6,984 nt of DNA from positions 1-6,984 of the forward strand of contig JBAYPN010000032.1 of the NCBI GenBank assembly GCA_041677685.1. Direction: 5' to 3'. Position 1 is the stretch's first letter. Every line of letters begins with the position of its first letter. A program made the translations under genes and the position numbers. Source of the DNA: an archaeon (GTDB lineage: Archaea; Iainarchaeota; Iainarchaeia; Iainarchaeales; CSSED10-239). Below are positions 1-5,073 of the stretch, piece by piece. A model generated the notes under the pieces. That model was given only the letters and a program-made list of their open reading frames with translations, made no database searches and was not told the origin of the DNA.

Positions 1-1814
1 TAAGTTACAATGTTTATTTCTTTGTCTTCTTTTATTTTAGATTTAGGAACAACCAAAAACAAAACACCTTTTTCTTTACACAAATTTATAAAATCTGCAT
101 CTGGATCTTTATCAGTGACAACTGCAAAAATCTTATTTTGTTTAAAGCCTTTCAATTTATACTCTAGATCAGAATTTTTTGAACTACCAATTCTTCTAAA
201 CTTCTCATTTAAAATTCTGGAAGTGTTTTTTCCATCCACTTCTTCTAAAATCTTAATAAAGTTTTTAGAAATTTTTTCAGTCAATTTTGGTAAAACTATT
301 GGCTTTTTTGGGAGCTCTTTTTTCTCAGGGGTTTTTTGTTTCTGTGTTTCTTGGTTATCTTTAGAGTCTACCTTACTTTGAGCTTGGCTTGTAACTGTGT
401 TAGCTTCTTGTTTGCTAGTTAATGGACTTAGACTATCTTCTCTTTTAGAAACTCTAATCTGTTCTGGTCTGCTAGTAATATTTAATTTCTTAATTGCATC
501 CTCAACTTTTTGTTTTAAAGTTATTTGTTTTTTTAAGTCTGTAATCTTTTCCTCAACTGCTTTTGAATCGCTATATACTTTGTTTTGATTATTTAAATTA
601 CCTTTTGAAGAATCTGCATAGTTGTTTACCCTACCACCTGAAGAACTTTGATTATAGTCTCTTGGTTTAAATTGGTTATTTGTTGATCTACTTTGATTTT
701 GTCTAAAGTTAGAATTTCTATTAAAATTTCTATCTCTATTTTGGTTATTGGAATTGTGTCTATTGTTTTGTCTTTGTTCAAAAGAAGAACCGCCTTGTTT
801 ATCAACATCTACCCTCTCAACATTTGGAATGCTTGAAAGCATACTTGAAAAAGAATCATCAGTTTTTTTAGGCTCATTTACCCTAGTAGGGGTAAAGGTT
901 GATTTTGGGAATTGTTGGTTTTTGAACTTATGTTCATGAGTTACAGAAAATTTTGTATTCTTAATTAATCCTGGTTGTCTTGGTCTTGAAGAAGACTCTA
1001 AATAACTAGCTTTTATTTTTCTTCTAAGTGCTTGATTAATTTCCTTTTGTGTTAATTCTTCAACTTCTTTACCATCTGGAGCTCTAGCAACATAATCAAC
1101 TCTTATTGCTTTTAGAAGTTGAGCTTGCTGTATTTCTGCACCTCTATCTCCATCTAAAAACAAAGTAACAACTTTATCTTTAACAATGTCTGCTAAGGTT
1201 TTTGGAACTCTTGCTCCTCCAGTAGAAATAATGTTTGTAAATCCATATTTTAACATGTTAATAACATCTGCTCTACCCTCCACAATAGTAACTTCTTTAG
1301 AATTTTCAATAGTTGGACCTGAAGGTAGTTTCTCTGGACCATACAAAATTATGTCTCTTGTCTTAAAGGAATCTGTAATCTCATCCATCAACTCTCTAGT
1401 GTCTGGAATCTCCTCTTGCATTAACTTTCCTAAAAGATCAATTGCTCTGTCTTTAATTTGTTTTCTTTTTAGACCTCTAGTGTCTTCAATTTGTTTAATT
1501 TTAAAAGAAGTGTCACACGGACCAACCTTGTCAATTGATTCAATTGAGGCTGCAATGATTGCTGTTTCAACCATTGACAAAGAGCAAGGTAGTTTTAAAG
1601 TTCCGTTTGTTTTGTTGTTTGAATGGTTAACTGTAATTTCTATTCTTCCAATCTTACCATTTTGTTGTAATTCTTTAATGTCCAATTGAGAGCCTAACAG
1701 ACCTTCTGATTGTCCAAAGATAGCACCAATAACATCTGGTCTTTCAACTAATCCCTCAACTTCAAAGTCTGCAACTATCATATATTTGATTGTCTCTAAG
1801 TAGGTTTTACCCAT
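1..1814 (-). CDS. dnaG: Archaeal DnaG-type TOPRIM primase / exosome-associated protein. The C-terminal end runs off the left window edge (at least 604 codons). It carries an unusually long low-complexity linker.
   Basis: The minus-strand frame with codon first bases at 1814, 1811 ... 2 is open from ATG 1814..1812 to the window edge. I checked frame consistency at 1814, 809 and 2, and scanned 1..60 and 900..1200 for in-frame stops by hand. The translation starts MGKTYLETIKYMIVADFEVEGLVERPDVIGAIFGQSEGLLGSQLDIKELQQNGKIGRIEI...VETAIIAASIESIDKVGPC, the signature N-terminal domain of archaeal DnaG. TOPRIM motifs are IVEGRADV (about 1270..1290) and LDGDRGAE (about 1137..1157). The plus-strand track ORFs over this span are antisense shadows. 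Confidence 0.85.
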   Translation of the reverse strand, partial: MGKTYLETIKYMIVADFEVEGLVERPDVIGAIFGQSEGLLGSQLDIKELQQNGKIGRIEITVNHSNNKTNGTLKLPCSLSMVETAIIAASIESIDKVGPCDTSFKIKQIEDTRGLKRKQIKDRAIDLLGKLMQEEIPDTRELMDEITDSFKTRDIILYGPEKLPSGPTIENSKEVTIVEGRADVINMLKYGFTNIISTGGARVPKTLADIVKDKVVTLFLDGDRGAEIQQAQLLKAIRVDYVARAPDGKEVEELTQKEINQALRRKIKASYLESSSRPRQPGLIKNTKFSVTHEHKFKNQQFPKSTFTPTRVNEPKKTDDSFSSMLSSIPNVERVDVDKQGGSSFEQRQNNRHNSNNQNRDRNFNRNSNFRQNQSRSTNNQFKPRDYNQSSSGGRVNNYADSSKGNLNNQNKVYSDSKAVEEKITDLKKQITLKQKVEDAIKKLNITSRPEQIRVSKREDSLSPLTSKQEANTVTSQAQSKVDSKDNQETQKQKTPEKKELPKKPIVLPKLTEKISKNFIKILEEVDGKNTSRILNEKFRRIGSSKNSDLEYKLKGFKQNKIFAVVTDKDPDADFINLCKEKGVLFLVVPKSKIKEDKEINIVT

Positions 1815-1818
1815 ATAA

Positions 1819-1828
1819 GATCACATCC
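1819..1828 (-). promoter_or_regulatory. Shine-Dalgarno-like element GGATGTGATC, 4 nt upstream of the dnaG ATG
   Basis: The minus strand reads aaataGGATGTGATCttatATG. It matches 9 of 10 positions of GGAGGTGATC, the complement of the conserved archaeal 16S 3' end. A TATA-like ctttatatg (plus 1858..1866) lies about 30 nt further upstream. Confidence 0.5.
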
Positions 1829-1913
1829 TATTTTAATTTTTTATATGTAAAAAGACACATATAAAGTACAAGAATAGTAATCTTTTGTTCTTTTAAAGAA
1901 AAAGTATAAATCT

Positions 1914-2144
1914 TTAGTTTATTTTTATTATTTTATGTTTATTTTTTTGACCTTTTATAATTTCAATATTGTAACCTAACTTCTTAAAATAATCTTTTAA
2001 TTCATTATTTGCTTGTCCCTTTAATGCCTTTGACTTTAGTCGTATCTTATAAATTCCATCTTTATAAGTTAACTCACTTTCCTTTGCATTAGCGATAACT
2101 TGAAGAAAAATCACATCTCCTTTCTTTAATTGTAATGAATTCAT
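1914..2144 (-). CDS. DUF167 / YggU (UPF0235) family small protein, 76 aa
   Basis: The pattern VIFLQVIANAKESEL...IYKIRLKSKALKGQANNELKDYFKKLGYNIEIIKGQKNKHKIIKI follows the YggU layout (L.V.P.A....I.....LKV...AP..GQAN..L..FL.....V.I..G..sr.K.I.I). The TAA stop and size are typical of the family. Confidence 0.75.
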   Translation of the reverse strand: MNSLQLKKGDVIFLQVIANAKESELTYKDGIYKIRLKSKALKGQANNELKDYFKKLGYNIEIIKGQKNKHKIIKIN

Positions 2145-2382
2145 AAAACTTTTAAAAATTAATTTTATTAAAAATAAACTGTTTTTCTTTTATACTTTAA
2201 ATTGTTTTTCTTTAAAAGACCCTAAAATCACATTACTTTCTTGTAAATTACAGGAATCTTTATATATTATACTTGTCTTATTATTTAAGTTATATTAAAT
2301 TTTATATTATAAAAATAAAATATTTATAATTTAATTATTGTATATTATATTATGTAACAAAAGATTTATAAATTAACTAAAT
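2145..2382. promoter_or_regulatory. Divergent AT-rich promoter spacer between the DUF167 gene (minus) and hjc (plus), with several TATA-like boxes
   Basis: On the plus strand, TTTATAAA at 2365..2372 is centred about 26 nt before the ATGs at 2392/2395. This suggests a leaderless hjc mRNA. On the minus strand, tttatttttaataaaatt (plus 2163..2180) is about 26 nt before ATG 2144, also suggesting a leaderless mRNA. There are at least three copies of TATATTAT (2263, 2303, 2341) and an 11-bp direct repeat tgtttttcttt at 2180..2190 and 2203..2213. Confidence 0.45.
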
Positions 2383-2790
2383 TTGATGGAAATGATGAAA
2401 AATAAGAAAAAAGGCTCAAATGCTGAAAGAGAACTTCTTTTAGAGTTATATAATAAAGGTTTTGCTGTTCTTAGGGTAGCTGGTTCTGGATCAAGTAGCT
2501 TACCTTGCCCTGACCTGATTGCAATTAAGAAGGGTAATGGTGTTTCAATTGAGTGTAAGACAAAGAAAGGATTGTATTTGAATATTAAAGAATCTCAAAT
2601 TGAGGAATTAAAAATTTGGGAAGAAACTTCAGGATTAAAATCTTATATTGCTTGGAGGCTTGGAAAGAATAAGTGGTATTTTTTACATTATTCTTTATTA
2701 AATAAAACAAAAAAAGCATATTCTATTAAAAAAGAAGAAATTATAGAAAATGGTAAAATCTTTGAAGAATTTCTTAAAAGTCTTAAATAA
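2383..2790 (+). CDS. hjc: Archaeal Holliday junction resolvase Hjc
   Basis: KGSNAERELLLELYNKGFAVLRVAGSGSS..CPDLIAIKKGNGVSIECKTKK contains the Hjc catalytic E...PD...E-x-K nuclease motif in the expected order and spacing, and the size is about 130 aa. The track start at 2383 is TTG. In-frame ATGs at 2386, 2392 and 2395 are more likely starts. Confidence 0.9.
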   Translation: MMEMMKNKKKGSNAERELLLELYNKGFAVLRVAGSGSSSLPCPDLIAIKKGNGVSIECKTKKGLYLNIKESQIEELKIWEETSGLKSYIAWRLGKNKWYFLHYSLLNKTKKAYSIKKEEIIENGKIFEEFLKSLK

Positions 2791-2856
2791 GTTTCTACTT
2801 AAAAAGGTTATTGTATATATATTATATATTAGATATAGAGCAATTGTGATTAACAA

Positions 2857-2988
2857 ATGTACTTAGAATTAGAAGATATAATTAATTCTCTTAAAAGAGA
2901 AATGGCAAAAGAAAAGGGACTAAAAAATAGAGTACTTTATGAACAAGCAATCAAGGCTTTAGATGAAATTAAGGAAAGGAAGATGTAA
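2857..2988 (+). CDS. Candidate small protein of 43 aa, predicted helical and charged. It is not in the supplied ORF track.
   Basis: ATG 2857 to TAA 2986..2988 translates by hand to MYLELEDIINSLKREMAKEKGLKNRVLYEQAIKALDEIKERKM. A GTGAT Shine-Dalgarno-like core sits at 2846..2850, 6 nt before the ATG. A TATA-like run lies at about 2813..2830. A long T-rich zone follows the stop. I recognise no family. Confidence 0.35.
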   Translation: MYLELEDIINSLKREMAKEKGLKNRVLYEQAIKALDEIKERKM

Positions 2989-3104
2989 GTCTCTTTATAT
3001 TTTTAATTTCTTTTTTTGTTTACACTTTTCCTTTTTAGATTTTTTATTATTTAGATTTATTTTGAATCTTTTTATTTTTTGACTTTAATTTTTATTTTTA
3101 ATAA
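2989..3104. terminator. T-rich (plus) / A-rich (minus) spacer where converging transcription units end. Only the plus-strand oligo-T runs fit archaeal-style termination.
   Basis: Repeated T5-T7 runs on the plus strand (tttttttg, ctttttag, atttttta, ctttttatttttt) follow the 43-codon ORF. On the minus strand, the GNAT-like gene also ends here (stop at 3105..3107), but this spacer reads as A-rich on that strand, so it provides no oligo-T signal for that gene. Archaeal RNA polymerase terminates at oligo-T tracts. Confidence 0.4.
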
Positions 3105-3626
3105 TTATTTTAATTTTTTCCTAATTGCAGAGATGCTGTATTTTTTAGAAGTATAGCTTATTCTTTTAGAGGTGTTTTTTCTTTTTATAAAGTCTTCCCT
3201 AATCCCATACACCTTAGGATCTAAGACTACAGAGGAGATTGGGAAGTGTGAAATATTTTCTTTAGAACTTAGGTAAGAAACAGCATGAAAAAATAGCTTT
3301 TTTCCAATTTTTTGATTTCTGTAGTTATTTTTTTTATTTTTAGAATCTTCCTTTACCTTAAACAGGTCAATATGGAAAGAAGAATTATCTTTAAGTTTCC
3401 CTTCTAAAAAAGCACAAGAAACATTATCTTTATAAGCTATAAATAGTCTATAGTTTTTAGATCTTAATTTTTTTTGTAAAAAGGAAGTTAAATCATTAAT
3501 ACTGCTTATGGTTGGATTACTAGCATTAAAGTAAGAATAAACATTTATAAAGTCTTTAACTAATTTCTCATCAATTACACTTTCAAAATTGTAAACTTTA
3601 TAAGTAAGTGGATCTTTAGAAACCAT
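3105..3626 (-). CDS. GNAT-like N-acetyltransferase (divergent) with a Lys/Arg-rich C-terminal tail, 173 aa
   Basis: The strand/helix order is compatible with the GNAT fold. YRLFIAYKDN..VSCAFLEG..FHIDLFKV is followed by a motif-A-like YRNQKIGKKLFFHAVSYL (R-x-x-G-x-G/A type acetyl-CoA loop, after an 8-10 aa K/N insertion). The basic tail is KRKNTSKRISYTSKKYSISAIRKKLK. The start is 5 nt after the pth2 stop. The functional call rests on motif recall only. Confidence 0.55.
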   Translation of the reverse strand: MVSKDPLTYKVYNFESVIDEKLVKDFINVYSYFNASNPTISSINDLTSFLQKKLRSKNYRLFIAYKDNVSCAFLEGKLKDNSSFHIDLFKVKEDSKNKKNNYRNQKIGKKLFFHAVSYLSSKENISHFPISSVVLDPKVYGIREDFIKRKNTSKRISYTSKKYSISAIRKKLK

Positions 3627-3631
3627 ATCTT

Positions 3632-3979
3632 TTACAACAACTTATATTTTTTTGTAAACCTATCAATTTCAATTTCTTTGATAGGTCCGATTCCCAAACA
3701 GGTTATGTCAGTTTGAGCTAATTGGGTTAAGCCAGCATCCTTAATTAAAGCACATGGAAAGATGTTTTTAATGTCTTCAAACAAAAGTAATAGTTCTTTT
3801 TTTGAATCAATCTTTAAGACTACTTTTTTCTGTCCAAACTCTAGCCAATTGGATGTTATCTGAGGAGTCTTTTTAGAAGCTAAAAGATAAGCAGAAAGAG
3901 AGGCATGAGAAGCTTGTGCTGCAATCTTGCCTTTGCCCATCTTTAGGTCATTTCTAACAATTATTATTTGTTTGTACAT
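3632..3979 (-). CDS. pth2: Archaeal/eukaryotic-type peptidyl-tRNA hydrolase Pth2, 115 aa
   Basis: IIVRNDLKMGKGKIAAQASHASL ... VVLK ... DAGLTQ...T.T.LGIGP matches the PTH2 family signature (GKGK..AQ..HA, D.G.T.....T.L.IGP). The size is typical. Confidence 0.9.
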   Translation of the reverse strand: MYKQIIIVRNDLKMGKGKIAAQASHASLSAYLLASKKTPQITSNWLEFGQKKVVLKIDSKKELLLLFEDIKNIFPCALIKDAGLTQLAQTDITCLGIGPIKEIEIDRFTKKYKLL

Positions 3980-4023
3980 ATATTATAAATTTCTTTTTTT
4001 GTTTTTTAAATTCTTTAATTTAT

Positions 4024-4055
4024 AGATTTTTAGATTTGCAGATTTGCAGATTTAC
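4024..4055. repeat. Four tandem copies of an 8-bp unit AGATTTNN, upstream of pth2
   Basis: Read directly from the sequence: agattttt (4024), agatttgc (4032), agatttgc (4040), agatttac (4048). The first unit abuts a TATA-like tctataaatt on the minus strand (plus about 4013..4026). This lies 35-45 nt before the pth2 ATG at 3979. Confidence 0.6.
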
Positions 4056-4097
4056 TCACATTTTTAATTTAGAGAAAAAATTAAAATTAAATTAAAA

Positions 4098-4475
4098 TTA
4101 ATTATCTTCTTCTAAATTGACTTCTTCTTTTAAATTGTTTTGAGAAGAAGAAATATCTCCTTCAACACCAAGATAAGTAATTGTTATTGTTGTTTGTAAC
4201 CTACTCCACATAGAAGTAATTTGTTTAGATTCATTTACTGCTAAGTTTGTTACATACTCATAGGCTTTGTGTTCATTTTTCACAAGATACTCTCTATCAT
4301 ACTCAAGCATTACACTTCTTGAATCTCCTGAAAGTAATTTGAAAACATGACCATTTTTCCCATCATCTTGGAAAGTTTCTCCTTTCTCCACATATACTTT
4401 TAAGATTTCTTCTGTGTTTCTGGTTGGTCTTTCCATGTCAGTTACTTTTTTTATAATTCTAAATACATATTCCAT
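4098..4475 (-). CDS. Hypothetical protein of 125 aa with an acidic C-terminal tail. No family recognised.
   Basis: A clean 125-codon ORF, co-directional between kae1 and pth2. Its composition is not low-complexity (MEYVFRIIKKVTDMERPTRNTEEILKVYVEKGETFQDDGKNGHVFKLLSGDSRSVMLEYDREYLVKNEHKAYEYV...). A GGGATC Shine-Dalgarno-like motif at plus 4479..4484 sits 3 nt before the ATG. A palindromic TATA-like cttatataagg lies at 4523..4533. Confidence 0.7.
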   Translation of the reverse strand: MEYVFRIIKKVTDMERPTRNTEEILKVYVEKGETFQDDGKNGHVFKLLSGDSRSVMLEYDREYLVKNEHKAYEYVTNLAVNESKQITSMWSRLQTTITITYLGVEGDISSSQNNLKEEVNLEEDN

Positions 4476-4613
4476 ATTGATCCCTTTTTTATTTTAAAAC
4501 ATAATTTTTAGATATATATTATCTTATATAAGGTTACACAAATAAGTTTAAAAATACATGGCTTTTATCTTGAAAGCTTATAATCTACACTATTTTTTAC
4601 CATTGGAAATGTG

Positions 4614-4640
4614 AAGAAAAAGAACTATTTTTATAGTTCT
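4614..4640 (-). terminator. Hairpin plus T-run downstream of kae1 (intrinsic-terminator-like)
   Basis: There is a perfect 8-bp inverted repeat: agaactat (4621..4628) and atagttct (4633..4640), with a 4-nt loop. On the minus strand it is followed directly by ttttctt (plus 4614..4620). Confidence 0.4.
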
Positions 4641-4652
4641 AGAAACAAACAA

Positions 4653-4677
4653 TTTTTCCTTTTTTAAAAAGGAAAAA
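4653..4677. repeat. 25-bp near-perfect palindrome T5CCT5-T-A5GGA5, immediately downstream of the kae1 stop
   Basis: The arms 4653..4664 and 4666..4677 are fully complementary around the centre at 4665. This was read directly. It is almost all A-T pairs, so it would be a weak RNA stem. It could instead be a protein-binding site. Confidence 0.5.
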
Positions 4678-4686
4678 CTTTAAAAA

Positions 4687-5073
4687 TTACCATGAAATTA
4701 TTACTTGATCTGTTCTCTCTGTTGGGTCAATTGTTGTGTCTTTTAGTTGTTGACCTCCATTTGAAAGATACTCTTTTAAGCCTAGATCAGCAATCATTAA
4801 GCCATTGTCTAAGCATGCTGAGACTGGAGGGATGAAAAGCTTTACTTTTCTCTCTTTTGAAAAAGCAGTTAACATCTCCTTTAAGGCCTTTGAAGCAGCA
4901 ACACCACCAATAACCATAATTTCTTTTTTATTAGTGTAGGAAATTGCTCTTTCACACACCTCTAAAAGCATGGCATAGGCTGTGTGCATAAAGGAATAAA
5001 CTAGATCTTCATTTTTATATTTGCCAATCAACTTCTGACTGGAGGTTAATAGTCCTGAATAGACAATGTCCAT
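4687..5073 (-). CDS. kae1: Kae1 (tRNA N6-adenosine threonylcarbamoyltransferase), C-terminal fragment of 128 aa
   Basis: MDIVYSGLLTSS...EIMVIGGVAASKALKEML...FIPPVSACLDNGLMIADLG...ERTDQVIISW aligns with the C-terminal half of archaeal Kae1. This includes the GGVAAN-like motif, the metal-ligand Asp in DNG(A/L)MIA, and the typical ...W terminus. No Bud32 kinase is fused. Confidence 0.85.
   Translation of the reverse strand: MDIVYSGLLTSSQKLIGKYKNEDLVYSFMHTAYAMLLEVCERAISYTNKKEIMVIGGVAASKALKEMLTAFSKERKVKLFIPPVSACLDNGLMIADLGLKEYLSNGGQQLKDTTIDPTERTDQVIISW

Noticed and set aside
1-330. L7Ae/L30e-like RNA-binding domain fused to the DnaG C-terminus (IFAVVTDKDPDADFINLCKEKGVLFLVVPKSK)
   Set aside because: The resemblance is superficial. 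A similar ...V.FDG..TQRL.DL....G...LVG.K module is, as far as I recall, the normal C-terminal end of archaeal DnaG. No extra fusion needs to be invoked.
626-808. Minus-strand 60-aa ORF (MLINKAVLLLNKDK...)
   Set aside because: It lies in a different frame, shifted by one base, fully inside the DnaG coding frame and within its low-complexity tract. It is an overlapping-frame artefact.
10-1689. Plus-strand track ORFs 10..381, 397..588, 748..939 and 1186..1689
   Set aside because: All are antisense to the long DnaG reading frame. Their translations are F/L/S/I-rich low-complexity strings with no recognisable motifs. The minus-strand frame gives a textbook DnaG sequence.
2145-2382. AT-rich repeat-bearing spacer as a possible replication origin
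   Set aside because: There are no ORB-like elements with a G-string, no long inverted ORB pairs and no adjacent orc1/cdc6. The repeats are short TATA-like words, better explained as divergent promoters.
4024-4055. Tandem repeats as a CRISPR array or minisatellite
   Set aside because: The units are only 8 bp, contiguous and without spacers. There are only four copies, and no cas genes are present.
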